A stretch of DNA of 64,000 bases from Candidatus Sulfopaludibacter sp. SbA3 (GCA_945888325.1 CAMDAC010000013.1:3520-67519); one strand, 5' to 3'; shown: positions 1-9,648, counted from the stretch's first letter. The notes: generated from the letters alone by a model not told the origin. Made by a program: numbers and translations.

Positions 1-1284
1 ACGCTGCGCCTCTGGCAGGTGCTGAAGCCGCGCCTGCGCACGGAAGAAGTAACGACCGTCTACGAGACGCTGGAGCGTCCACTGGTGCCGGTGCTCGCCG
101 CGATGGAACAGGCAGGTATCAAGGTGGACCGGCAGATGCTGTCACGCCTCTCCGCTGATTTTTCTCAGCGCATGGCGGGGCTTGAAGCGCAGGCGCACGA
201 GCAGGCCGGGCGCGCGTTCAATATCGGCTCGCCCAAGCAGCTGGGGGAAATCCTGTTCGACGAGATGAACATTCCGGGCGGCAAGAAAACCAAGACCGGC
301 GCCTGGCAGACCGATGCGGACGTTCTGGAAGAGCTCGCGGAAGCGGGCCATGCCCTGCCCCGCACGATCGTTGACTGGCGGATGCTGTCGAAGCTGCGCT
401 CGACCTATACCGAAGCGCTGCAGGCCGCGATCAAGCCGGAGACGGGCCGCGTGCATACGAGCTACATGATGGCGGGCGCGCAGACCGGGCGCCTCTCCTC
501 CACGGACCCGAACCTGCAGAACATCCCGGTACGGACAGAAGAAGGCCGCAAGATCCGCGAAGCCTTCATCGCCGAGGATGGCAATGTGCTTGTCTCGGCG
601 GACTATTCGCAGATCGAGCTGCGCATCCTCGCCCATATGGCCGACATTCCGGCGCTCAAGCAGGCCTTCAAGGACGGGCTGGACATCCACGCGATGACCG
701 CCAGCGAGATGTTCGGCGTGCCCGTCCAGGGCATGGACCCGATGGTGCGGCGCCAGGCGAAGGCGATCAATTTCGGCATCATCTACGGCATCTCCGGCTT
801 CGGCCTCGCCCGCCAGCTGGGCATTCCGCAGGGCGAGGCCAGCGACTACATCAAGCAGTATTTCAAACGCTTCCCCGGCATTCGTCAGTATATGGACGAA
901 ACCAAGGACTTCGCCCGCGAGACCGGTTTCGTGCGCACCGCGTTTGGCCGCAAGATCAACCTGCCGGACATGAAGGCCAAGGGACCTGCCCGCGCCTTCG
1001 CCGAACGCCAGGCGATCAACGCGCCGCTGCAGGGCACTGCCGCCGACATCATCAAGCGCGCGATGATCCGCATGCCGGAGGCGCTCGCGGGCGCTGGCCT
1101 CAAGGCACGGATGTTGCTTCAGGTGCACGATGAACTCGTGTTCGAATGCCCCGAGAAGGAAGCCGAGAAATTGATCAAGGTCGCGCAGGATACGATGTCG
1201 AACGCCGACGGCCCGGCCATCAAACTGTCGGTGCCGCTCGTCGTCGAGGCGAAAGCGGCAAAGACCTGGGCGGCGGCGCACTGA
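1..1284 (+). CDS. polA: DNA polymerase I, C-terminal polymerase domain (5' end outside window)
   Basis: Frame 1 is open from nt 1 (track ORF 19..1284). Family-A polymerase motifs are present: DYSQIELRILAH (A), RRQAKAINFGIIYG (B), QVHDELVFE (C). Confidence 0.95.
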   Translation, partial: TLRLWQVLKPRLRTEEVTTVYETLERPLVPVLAAMEQAGIKVDRQMLSRLSADFSQRMAGLEAQAHEQAGRAFNIGSPKQLGEILFDEMNIPGGKKTKTGAWQTDADVLEELAEAGHALPRTIVDWRMLSKLRSTYTEALQAAIKPETGRVHTSYMMAGAQTGRLSSTDPNLQNIPVRTEEGRKIREAFIAEDGNVLVSADYSQIELRILAHMADIPALKQAFKDGLDIHAMTASEMFGVPVQGMDPMVRRQAKAINFGIIYGISGFGLARQLGIPQGEASDYIKQYFKRFPGIRQYMDETKDFARETGFVRTAFGRKINLPDMKAKGPARAFAERQAINAPLQGTAADIIKRAMIRMPEALAGAGLKARMLLQVHDELVFECPEKEAEKLIKVAQDTMSNADGPAIKLSVPLVVEAKAAKTWAAAH

Positions 1285-1285
1285 G

Positions 1286-1951
1286 ATGTCAGATGCATCC
1301 CCACCCGTGAATATTGAAGCCGCGCCCCATGGCAGTTTCATTGATGCCATCGTCGAGATCGCGGGCGCCGAGAGCGATGCGCCGCAGACGCTCGGTCATG
1401 TCGTCGATGCGCTGGATGACCGCGCGTTTGGCCTGCTGATCCTGATCCTTGCCATTCCCTGCCTCGTGCCGGGCTTGCCGGGCGCGCAGCTGATCGCCAT
1501 CCCGATCTTCCTGCTGGGCTTGCAGATCGTCGCCGGGCGCAACGAGCCCTGGCTGCCGGGCGCGGCGATGCGCGCCAAGCTGAAGCCGGAATGGCTGACG
1601 GCGATTGCCGACTTCGCCTCCAAGCGCCTGCGCTGGACCGAACGCCTCTCGCGCCCGCGCTGGCGGTTCATTGCGCATGGTGCCGGCGAGAAGATCCTCG
1701 GCCTGATCATTGCGCTGGCGGCTGTCACGATCATGCTGCCGATCACCAACACGATCCCGTCGCTGGCGATCACGGTGGCGGCGGTCGGCCTGTTGCAGCG
1801 CGACGGTATGTTCATGCTCGGCGGGGCGACGCTGGCGCTCGGCTGGATCACCGCGCTGGGCGTCCTGATCTTCGGCCTGATCACCGGGGCAGGCTTTGCG
1901 GCCAGTTTTGTAGCAGACCATGCCCCCTGGCTGGCGGAGTGGTTCCAGTAG
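1286..1951 (+). CDS. ExoD-like exopolysaccharide synthesis membrane protein
   Basis: 221-aa ORF with its ATG 2 nt after the polA stop. Multi-pass membrane protein. The N-terminal region (VVDALDDRAFGLLILILAIPCLVPGLPG) matches my memory of the ExoD family. Confidence 0.7.
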   Translation: MSDASPPVNIEAAPHGSFIDAIVEIAGAESDAPQTLGHVVDALDDRAFGLLILILAIPCLVPGLPGAQLIAIPIFLLGLQIVAGRNEPWLPGAAMRAKLKPEWLTAIADFASKRLRWTERLSRPRWRFIAHGAGEKILGLIIALAAVTIMLPITNTIPSLAITVAAVGLLQRDGMFMLGGATLALGWITALGVLIFGLITGAGFAASFVADHAPWLAEWFQ

Positions 1952-2044
1952 CCGGACCTGCGCAGGCGCCGTCTTCCGCCTGTCTCGATTGTAATCTATC
2001 CTGCCCATGGGCTCGGGGGAGCGCATCAGGGTGGGCCGGATCGC

Positions 2045-3301
2045 ATGAAACGCATCATCATCTGCATGGATGGCACCTGGCAGACGCTGAACCAGGCCAA
2101 GCATACCAACATTGCGATCATCGCCCGCTCGGTGGCGCACAAGGAAACGCTGCCGGATGGCAAGCACATCCATCAGAACGTCATCTACAGCCAGGGTGTC
2201 GGCTCGACGGTCGGGGCGCTTGAGGAGGCGGGCTTCTTCGGCAGCATGATTTACCGGACGACGCGCCTGTTCGGCGGCGCGTTCGGCGAGGGCCTCGAGG
2301 ACATCATCGTCGAGACCTATCTGCGCCTCGCCTTCGTCTATGAGGAAGGCGACGAGATCTACATCTTCGGGTTCAGCCGGGGCGCCTTTGCGGCGCGCCG
2401 CCTCGCCGGGTTCATCAGCGTGGCGGGCATCGTCAGCCGGCGGCATGCAGAGCGGGCGCGCGAGGGTTTCCGCCTCTACTACCGCGCGCCGCGCGATGAG
2501 GCGCCGCAAGCCGAGAAGGACCTGCACGCCGATCAGGCCCGCGCCTTCCGCATCCGCTATGGTAAGGGCACGCGCGACGAGACCGGCGCCCGCCGCGCCA
2601 TCGACCGGGCGCCGCCGATCACTTATGTCGGCGTGTTCGACACGGTCGCGCAGCGCGGCGCGGGCGAGGTGCTGAAGTCTTACTTCTCGACCAAGAACAA
2701 GGACCGCTACCGCCTCAAGAACCGGCGGCTTGCCAGCAATGTTCGCGCCGCCAGGCACGCGGTGGCGATCGACGAATGCCGCGCCGGGTTTCCGGCGACG
2801 CTGTGGGACGGGCTCGAAGAAGAGAACACCCGCGTTGGGCGGAGCGTGTACCTGCAGCGCTGGTTCGTGGGCTATCACGGCGACATCGGAGGCGGCGGGC
2901 GTGAGGAGCTTTCGGCCTGGGCGCTGAAATGGATCACCGACGGGGCTGCGGCCGAGGGGCTGCGGTTCTATGGAACGGATGGCGTCGATACCTCTCCTCT
3001 CGTCGAGGCGATCGGCAAGGCGGCGTATGATGCACGGCCCGACCGGCCGTCATTTGCGCGGTCGCTGAACATGATGAACTGGCCGATCCGGCCGCGGCAG
3101 GTCTGGCCGAAGACGCGCGGCAAGGACAAGAAGAAACCTAGTGTCAGCGATCTGGAAGTGCTGTTCGATGAAGCGGTGCTGGAGCGCGCCGCGAAGCGGG
3201 AGCTGAAGTACCGTCCGGGCGCGCTGCGGCCGTTCCGGAAGGCACTCACCGAGCGGGCGGGCGCGCTCAAGGCGCCGGCCGCGATCGAGCCGCCGGCGTG
3301 A
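2045..3301 (+). CDS. DUF2235-type (Tle1-like) alpha/beta hydrolase domain protein
   Basis: 418-aa ORF. N-terminus KRIIICMDGTWQ and GxSxG-type nucleophile elbow IFGFSRGAFAAR are hallmarks of DUF2235 as I recall it. No signal peptide. Confidence 0.7.
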   Translation: MKRIIICMDGTWQTLNQAKHTNIAIIARSVAHKETLPDGKHIHQNVIYSQGVGSTVGALEEAGFFGSMIYRTTRLFGGAFGEGLEDIIVETYLRLAFVYEEGDEIYIFGFSRGAFAARRLAGFISVAGIVSRRHAERAREGFRLYYRAPRDEAPQAEKDLHADQARAFRIRYGKGTRDETGARRAIDRAPPITYVGVFDTVAQRGAGEVLKSYFSTKNKDRYRLKNRRLASNVRAARHAVAIDECRAGFPATLWDGLEEENTRVGRSVYLQRWFVGYHGDIGGGGREELSAWALKWITDGAAAEGLRFYGTDGVDTSPLVEAIGKAAYDARPDRPSFARSLNMMNWPIRPRQVWPKTRGKDKKKPSVSDLEVLFDEAVLERAAKRELKYRPGALRPFRKALTERAGALKAPAAIEPPA

Positions 3302-3560
3302 TCTCCGGCCGGGCCTAGTTGGTCCTCGCCGATTGGGGATCGAGGTTGGGAAAATTCCTGTGTGATCATCCAAGAAGTATAACTCCGTGGGCGGAGGTGT
3401 GGCGGAAGGATCGGGGAAGTATTTTACAGGCTCTTGATCGGGATGGGATATATTTTCCGGGTGGGCTGATTTTTGCAGGCACAAGCGGGGGGCCTGCCCG
3501 GCTTCGGATGGCTTCAACCGGCTTCACGGTGATGCATTCCGTGCATTCCGGATGTCGATT

Positions 3561-3612
3561 TTTTTCTCATCCATTCTCATTTTCTATCGCTTTTTGCTCA
3601 TTCATTCTCATT
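3561..3612. repeat. Imperfect 21/22-nt direct repeat in an AT-rich spacer upstream of chvI
   Basis: tttttctcatccattctcatt (3561-3581) and tttttgctcattcattctcatt (3591-3612) differ by one indel and one mismatch, 30 nt start to start. Local G+C is 23/60 for 3541-3600 by hand count. Confidence 0.6.
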
Positions 3613-3961
3613 AGGCATCGCCTGATTGCGCTGGTCTTGCGGTCTTCGCCTTTGGCGAAACCGGGATGACGACACAGGGACGTTTCGGGACGTGGAGGGG
3701 GCGGCAGTTGAGCCCACTGACCGGCTGCGCTCGCCGAGGGTGATGACATGACGCCCGCCCCCGCCCTTCACACTTGCGGCGGAATTCGCCGCAATGAATC
3801 GCGAGAGTGCCGCAATCCGGGCAACGGGGCGCCGCACTCCGTTGATTTTGTTGAAGCTCCACCAATGGAGGGCTTTTGAAATGGACCGAGCTGTGATTGA
3901 ACCTTTTGCCAAGCGGACCGAAGCCTCATCTGGCTTGCGGCTGGCCGAGAAGGACAAGGCA

Positions 3962-4654
3962 ATGACGACACTCGCACTGGTGGACGATGACGAAAACATC
4001 GTGGCCTCCCTCAAGATGTTTTTCGAGGCGGAAGGCTACCAGGTGCGTACCTATCATGACGGCGAGTCCGCCCTGCCCGCGCTGACCGAGAGCCCGCCGG
4101 ACATTGCCATCCTCGACGTGAAGATGCCGAAGATGGACGGGATGGAGCTGCTGCGGCGCCTGCGCCAGACGTCCGAGCTGCCGGTGATCTTCCTGACCTC
4201 GAAGGATGAAGAGATCGACGAGGTGATCGGCTTCAACATCGGCGCCGACGATTTCGTGCGCAAACCCTGCTCAAACCGCCTGCTGGCCGAGCGCGTGAAG
4301 GCGGTGCTTCGCCGGGCGCGCGGCGGTGTGGCCGGCCCCGAGGAAGGCGACTCCAAGCCGATCGTGCGCGGCAAGCTGGTGCTGGACCCCAACCGCCACG
4401 CCTGTACCTGGGACGGCAAGACCGTGCGCCTGACGGTGACCGAGTTCCTGATCCTGCAGGCGCTGGCCTCGCGCCCCGGCTATGTGAAGAGCCGCGACCA
4501 GCTGATGGACGCCGCCTATGACGACCAGATCTATGTGGACGACCGCACCATCGACAGCCACATCAAACGGCTGCGCAAGAAATTCCGCGAAGTGACGGAC
4601 GAGTTCGATGCAATCGAAACGCTCTATGGCGTCGGCTATCGCTATACCGAGTAA
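3962..4654 (+). CDS. chvI: OmpR-family response regulator, ChvI-like
   Basis: Receiver domain ([24 protein letters not shown]) plus a winged-helix C-terminus ([20 protein letters not shown]). ATG 3962 is chosen because the first 56 codons of track ORF 3794..4654 carry no receiver similarity. Confidence 0.8.
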   Translation: MTTLALVDDDENIVASLKMFFEAEGYQVRTYHDGESALPALTESPPDIAILDVKMPKMDGMELLRRLRQTSELPVIFLTSKDEEIDEVIGFNIGADDFVRKPCSNRLLAERVKAVLRRARGGVAGPEEGDSKPIVRGKLVLDPNRHACTWDGKTVRLTVTEFLILQALASRPGYVKSRDQLMDAAYDDQIYVDDRTIDSHIKRLRKKFREVTDEFDAIETLYGVGYRYTE

Positions 4655-5222
4655 GCACCCGGCAGAGATCTACATTGGCGGGGCGGGTGACGAGAGTTCC
4701 CGCCTCGTCTTTTCGTATGCGGAGGCGCGCCGGGATGCGGTGCGCGGCAAGCGGCAGGTGCACTACCTGCCCCACTGGAAGATCACGGCGGCGCGCCAGC
4801 TGGCGGCCGAGCTGACGGGCGCCGGGCATCCGCTGGCGCTGATCGGGCACAGCTGGGGCGCCGATACGGTGTTGCGCGCGGCGGGGGCCTCGGACGCGGA
4901 AGTGTTCATCGTCGGCGCGGACCCGGTAGCGAAGCCAGTGAGCCGGATCACGGCGCGGGACGGACGGCCAGCCTCGGCGGCGCTGGTGCTGCATGTGGAC
5001 GCCGAGCCGCCGGCTTATGACCGGTCTGACTATGTGAAGGCCGCCGGCTATCTGACCGGCGGCGGCGTGCCGCGCGCATTCCGGTTTGCCGATACGCGCA
5101 TCGACGCGGTGCTCAACCACTGGAACTTCCGGGGGATGATGCAGACGAAGGGCAGCAACGGGCTATCGGCCGAAGACTGGCTGGCGGGATTTCCTGACCG
5201 GCTCAGCCGAACAGCTGGCTGA
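4626..5222 (+). CDS. Hypothetical alpha/beta-hydrolase-like protein
   Basis: Track ORF 4608..5222. The only start codons (4608, 4626) lie inside the chvI 3' end, and none follows the chvI stop. Nucleophile-elbow-like [10 protein letters not shown]. Family not recognised. Confidence 0.5.
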   Translation: MASAIAIPSKHPAEIYIGGAGDESSRLVFSYAEARRDAVRGKRQVHYLPHWKITAARQLAAELTGAGHPLALIGHSWGADTVLRAAGASDAEVFIVGADPVAKPVSRITARDGRPASAALVLHVDAEPPAYDRSDYVKAAGYLTGGGVPRAFRFADTRIDAVLNHWNFRGMMQTKGSNGLSAEDWLAGFPDRLSRTAG

Positions 5223-5676
5223 GGCGCGCGCTCCAGTTTGGCAGGGCGAGCGTAAGGAACAGGAAGCCGAGGCCGGCGAGCACGCAGAGCGGCGAATAGA
5301 TGCGGCGGTTGAGCGAGAGATAGGGCTGCTCCGGCGCCGCGCGCTCGAAAGCCGGGAGGACGCCGGCGACGCCGCGCCCGAGGAAGACGAGCGCCAGCAG
5401 CAGGCCGACGGGGGCAAGGAAGGGCTTCGATTGCGGCACCGCCTCGCTGTAGCCGCCGAGCAGGAATGCCGCGAGGGCCGCCGCGATCAGCAGCACCCCG
5501 AGATACACAAAGGCCTTGCGCGAGGGCACGCGCGTGATGCCGCGCCGGCCGATCAGCGAGCGGGCGAGCGCCTGTTCGTTGGCAAACGGGAACGTGACAC
5601 CGCCGGCCCAGAGCAGGTACAGCAGGCCGGCGGCAGCGAGGACCAGCGCGAGACAATTGCCGACCAGTTCAGCCAA
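5203..5676 (-). CDS. Small multi-pass membrane protein (DUF3995-like)
   Basis: 157-aa ORF with four hydrophobic segments. LLYLLWAGGVTFPF resembles the W-x-GG motif I associate with DUF3995. The track start is a TTG codon, so the start is uncertain. Confidence 0.45.
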   Translation of the reverse strand: MAELVGNCLALVLAAAGLLYLLWAGGVTFPFANEQALARSLIGRRGITRVPSRKAFVYLGVLLIAAALAAFLLGGYSEAVPQSKPFLAPVGLLLALVFLGRGVAGVLPAFERAAPEQPYLSLNRRIYSPLCVLAGLGFLFLTLALPNWSARLSQLFG

Positions 5677-5802
5677 TTCCGTGCACTCCAGCCCATTCCC
5701 CGATTATGACACTACATGCAGGGCAAGCTTGCCGCCAGAGCCGCGATTGAATAGCCAAGGGCCTGATCCTTACATAACAAACAGACAAGATGGAGTTCCC
5801 CC

Positions 5803-6267
5803 ATGTCCGACCTTGAAAACACGCTGCTGCTGGAGACCTCCAAGGGCACCGTCAAAATCGCGCTGCGGCCGGACCTGGCGCCGGGCCATGTGACCCGGAT
5901 CAAGGAACTCGCCCGTGAGGGGTTTTATGACGGCATCATCTTCCACCGCGTGATCGCCGGCTTCATGGCGCAGACCGGTTGCCCGAAAGGCACCGGCACC
6001 GGCAATTCCAAGAAGCCGGACCTGAAGGCCGAGTTCAACAAGGAGCCGCACGTACGCGGCACCTGTTCGATGGCGCGCACCTCGGCGCCGAACTCTGCCA
6101 ACAGCCAGTTCTTCATCTGCTTCGGCGACGCCTCCTTCCTCAACGGGCAATACACCGTGTGGGGCCAGGTGACCGAGGGCATGGACGCCATCGACGCGCT
6201 GGCCAAGGGCGAGCCGCCGCGCAGCCCGGACCGCATCGTCTCGATGCGTGTCGCCGCCGACGCCTGA
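5803..6267 (+). CDS. ppiB: Cyclophilin-type peptidyl-prolyl cis-trans isomerase
   Basis: 154 aa. Cyclophilin motifs FHRVIAGFMAQTG and NSQFFICF. GGAG lies 8 nt upstream of the ATG. Confidence 0.9.
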   Translation: MSDLENTLLLETSKGTVKIALRPDLAPGHVTRIKELAREGFYDGIIFHRVIAGFMAQTGCPKGTGTGNSKKPDLKAEFNKEPHVRGTCSMARTSAPNSANSQFFICFGDASFLNGQYTVWGQVTEGMDAIDALAKGEPPRSPDRIVSMRVAADA

Positions 6268-6293
6268 AGACGGCGGAGCGGGCGGGAGGGGAC

Positions 6294-7904
6294 ATGTTGA
6301 TGCCGGAAGCCAGCGCCCCTCGCCGCCGGCCCCCTCTGCGGCGCAACACGACGATCCTCGGCTCGCGCATTGCGCGGCTGATCTTTGCGTCGAACCTCGC
6401 GGGCCTCGCGATCCTGATCATAGGCGCGATGGTGCTGAACGAGATGCGCGCCGGGTTCGTCGCTTCCAAGCAGCAGGACCTTGAGGCGCAGGCGCAGATT
6501 TTCTCGAGCCTCTTGTCGGATGATGCGACGACGCCGGAGCCCGGCCTCAACCCCGAGGCGGCGCGCCAGACGCTGCAGCGGCTGAACCTGCCGGAGCGTG
6601 TGCGCGCGCGCATCTTCACGCCGGAAGGCGAACTGATCGGCGACAGCTATTACCTCTCCGAACGCGTGGACGTGACGGCCCTGCCCCCGCTGAGTGAGCC
6701 CGGCCTGCTGGCGCGGACGGGGCGCGACCTGTCCGAATGGGCGGGCAATGCGTTCGATTTCTTCTCGCCGCGCCGCTCCTCCGAAGCGCTCCGCTCACAG
6801 AGTTTCGAGGATGAATTCGAGATTGCCGCCCTGGGCGGACAGTCGGCGAGCCAGCGGTTTTCGGACCGGGGCAACCGGGTGATTTCGGTGTCGATGCCGG
6901 TGCAGCGGGTGTCTGCGGTCGTTGGCGTGCTGGTGCTGGAGGCGAGCGACATCGACGAGATCATCCGCGCCGAGCGGGTAGCGCTGGTGCCGTTCATCGG
7001 CGTGGCGGTGCTGATGGCATTCATCACCTCTGTGCTGCTGACGCTGGGGATTGCGCGGCCCCTGCGGAGGCTTGCGCTGGCTGCGGACCGGATCCGGTCG
7101 GGCGCGTCCGACAAGATCGATGTGCCGCTGCTGACGCAGCGTACCGACGAGATCGGGGACCTTGCGACCTCGATCCAGAGCATGACCGAGGCGCTGCTGG
7201 AGCGGATCGAGGCGAACGAGCAGTTTGCAGCGGACGTGGCGCATGAACTGAAGAACCCGCTGACGTCCATCCGCTCGGCGGTGGAGACGCTGGAGCGGGT
7301 GAAGGATCCGGACGCGGCGACGCGGCTGCGGCAGGTAATCACCTCGGATGTGAAGCGGCTCGACCGTCTGATCACGGACATTTCGAATGCCTCGCGGCTT
7401 GAGGCGGAGATGACGCGCCTGCCGGCGGAGCAGATCGACATAGCCAAGTTCGTGCGCGATGTGGTGCGCACCTATGAGGGCATCGGCGAGGGCGAGAGCG
7501 CGGTGCATGTCTCGTTCACGGACGCGACGATGGGCGCGCGGCTGATGGTGCGCGGGCGCGAGGGGCCGCTGGGCCAGGTGCTGCGCAACCTGATCGACAA
7601 TGCACGCTCCTTCTCGCCGGGCGGCTCGACCGTAGAGGTACGCCTCGACCAGACGAATGACGGCCCGCGCACGATTGCGCGCCTGACGGTAGAGGATTCC
7701 GGCCCGGGCGTGCCGCCGGACAAGCTGGAGACGATCTTCAACCGTTTCTATACGGATCGTCCCAAGGGCACGGCCTTCGGCAACAATTCGGGGCTGGGCC
7801 TGTCGATCGTCAAGCAGATCATCGCGACGCATCGCGGCAAGGTCTGGGCGGCGAACCGCACAGAGGGCGGCGCGCGGTTCACGGTGGATCTGCCGGCTGT
7901 TTAG
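6294..7904 (+). CDS. chvG: Sensor histidine kinase, ChvG/ExoS-like
   Basis: ATG 6294 (or 6300) sits within track ORF 5979..7904; the upstream part overlaps ppiB. Two TM segments flank a ~240-aa periplasmic region. HAMP domain, H-box FAADVAHELKNPLTSI, N-box LRNLIDNARSF, G-box GLGLSIVKQI. Confidence 0.75.
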   Translation: MLMPEASAPRRRPPLRRNTTILGSRIARLIFASNLAGLAILIIGAMVLNEMRAGFVASKQQDLEAQAQIFSSLLSDDATTPEPGLNPEAARQTLQRLNLPERVRARIFTPEGELIGDSYYLSERVDVTALPPLSEPGLLARTGRDLSEWAGNAFDFFSPRRSSEALRSQSFEDEFEIAALGGQSASQRFSDRGNRVISVSMPVQRVSAVVGVLVLEASDIDEIIRAERVALVPFIGVAVLMAFITSVLLTLGIARPLRRLALAADRIRSGASDKIDVPLLTQRTDEIGDLATSIQSMTEALLERIEANEQFAADVAHELKNPLTSIRSAVETLERVKDPDAATRLRQVITSDVKRLDRLITDISNASRLEAEMTRLPAEQIDIAKFVRDVVRTYEGIGEGESAVHVSFTDATMGARLMVRGREGPLGQVLRNLIDNARSFSPGGSTVEVRLDQTNDGPRTIARLTVEDSGPGVPPDKLETIFNRFYTDRPKGTAFGNNSGLGLSIVKQIIATHRGKVWAANRTEGGARFTVDLPAV

Positions 7905-8950
7905 GCGGCCAGCGGGTCTGCGCCGTCGTCTTCAAGCGGCTCGGAGGGCGGCGGACCGAAGCGGTTCTCGCCGCGCTGGCCGGGGACGAGGCCGAGCGCC
8001 GCATAGGCCAGCAGCGTGGCGAGCAGGATGTAGCCGAACGTATCGTCCGTCCTCCGGTCCAGTACACGGATCACGGGGTGCATGCGCAGGTCTGGTCCGA
8101 AGGAGCCGTACCGGTTGAGGAAGAGGCAGAACTCGACCATCATGAACGCATAGAACAGGATGAAGGGCATAGATGCCCACCAGCCGTTCCAACCAAAATC
8201 ATGAAGGCGTTTCGAGGCGAGGCACGTGGCGCAGTAAAAGAAGACGATCACGATTGTCCAGTTGAGGACGGGCAGGATGGCCATCTGCACGAACATCAGC
8301 AGGCAGACGAACAGAACGGCTGCGAAGGCGGCGAGGTAGGCGCCGCGGCTGATGCGGCCGGTGGGCCAGGAAAAGAACTTGAGCCAGTTGATGCGGGCGA
8401 GGTCCGATCCGGCGTCGAGCGCGGAGCGGGCCAGTCCGCTGACGGAGGAGACGGTCCCCGGCCAGGCGTCGCGCAGGCTGCTGGCGACCTTGCGGACATC
8501 GGGCACTGCCGGCGCAACAAGCGGCAGGCCGGGGCGGCCGAATTTCGCGCGGGCGTGCGCGGTGCCGGGCATGACAATCAGGGCAACAGCCGACAGGAGC
8601 ACGCCAATGGCGAGCCAGCCGCCCACGGCGCCGGCCCAGGCTTCGGCATGGGCGCCGGCCTCGGCCATGCCGCTGCCGAACGCGATGACGCCGGAGAGCA
8701 GCAGCGCGGCGATGCAGATTGCGATGGCGACGAGCGGCATGAGGGCCCACTTGCCGCGGAGGCCGATATCGTGGAGGCGCTTCACCGTGAGGCAGGCCAT
8801 TGCGTAGAACGCGACGGGCAGCAGCAGCGCGGCGGGCGGAAAGATGGCCGAGACCAGGGGGACGGACCAGAACAGGCCCAACATCGAGAGGCCATAGGTG
8901 CGCCGGTTGATGCTGCCCGAACGGTCAAAGAAGTGTTCGCGCAGGTTCAT
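7901..8950 (-). CDS. Membrane protein with two tandem DUF805-like modules
   Basis: 349 aa. Two copies of the pattern R-I-x-R-x-x-Y ... KRLHD-x-G (GSINRRTY...VKRLHDIGLRG and GRISRGAY...SKRLHDFGWNG), each with several TM helices. Confidence 0.7.
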   Translation of the reverse strand: MNLREHFFDRSGSINRRTYGLSMLGLFWSVPLVSAIFPPAALLLPVAFYAMACLTVKRLHDIGLRGKWALMPLVAIAICIAALLLSGVIAFGSGMAEAGAHAEAWAGAVGGWLAIGVLLSAVALIVMPGTAHARAKFGRPGLPLVAPAVPDVRKVASSLRDAWPGTVSSVSGLARSALDAGSDLARINWLKFFSWPTGRISRGAYLAAFAAVLFVCLLMFVQMAILPVLNWTIVIVFFYCATCLASKRLHDFGWNGWWASMPFILFYAFMMVEFCLFLNRYGSFGPDLRMHPVIRVLDRRTDDTFGYILLATLLAYAALGLVPGQRGENRFGPPPSEPLEDDGADPLAA

Positions 8951-9070
8951 GGCAAGCTCACCTGGCCCCTATTTCCAGAGGCGGACAAGATAGCCGAAAC
9001 TGGTAAAGGCCGCCCTACGCCGGCGCGTGAAACTTCGCGGAGCGGGGGCGGGATTGGCGGGGGTGGCGCG

Positions 9071-9648
9071 CTACTTCCCCATGTACTTCCAGTTGCGCGG
9101 CTTGCCTTCGGCGAGCCATTCCAAGGCTTGCTCGATGCGGCGGATGCGGGTGGCGTCCTGTTTGGCGTCCGTGATCCAGGTGACGTAGTCGCGCTGGTTG
9201 AAGGGCGAGAGGGCCTTGAAGGTGGCCGCGGCGGGCTTTGAGGCTTTCAGCGCTTTCGCCAGATCGGCGGGCACATCAGGCGGGGGCTTGGGCGGTTTCC
9301 GCGCGGCGGCGGGACCGGCCGCGATCTTCTGAATGCGGACCTTGAGGACTGTTGCGAGCGCAGCTTTTGATGGCAGGTCGGCCATCGTCTGCATCTTGCC
9401 GAATTCGCCCATTCCGGATTTCTGCGCTTCGGACGTTTCACCGTGGACGAAGCAGACGACGTGCGCCTTGAAGCCGGCGAAGCCGCAGAGGTTCTTGCCG
9501 CGGTAGGAGAGCGACGGGGCGCCCCACTTGATCGTTTCCTCCGCCTCCGGACAGATGGCGTGGGCCATCTCGCGAAGACGATGCAACATCGGCTGCGCGA
9601 ACTCCGCAGCCTTCTCGATGTAGGCGTCTACGCGGGCGTCTGTCTGCA

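Noticed and set aside
1289-2878. A 529-aa minus-strand ORF opposite the ExoD-like and DUF2235 genes.
   Set aside because: It has the same antisense-frame signature (R/A/G/P/D-rich with no motifs). The sense-strand genes carry convincing family hallmarks.
3319-3669. A 116-aa plus-strand ORF inside the AT-rich spacer upstream of chvI.
   Set aside because: No RBS and a non-protein-like sequence (it runs through the repeat tracts as FSHPFSFSIAFCSFILI). It is more likely non-coding. The region is reported as a finding instead.
5979-6293. The N-terminal 105 codons of the chvG track ORF, which overlap ppiB.
   Set aside because: This part overlaps the well-supported cyclophilin gene in another frame and reads as low-complexity sequence. 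The kinase's first TM segment follows ATG 6294/6300.
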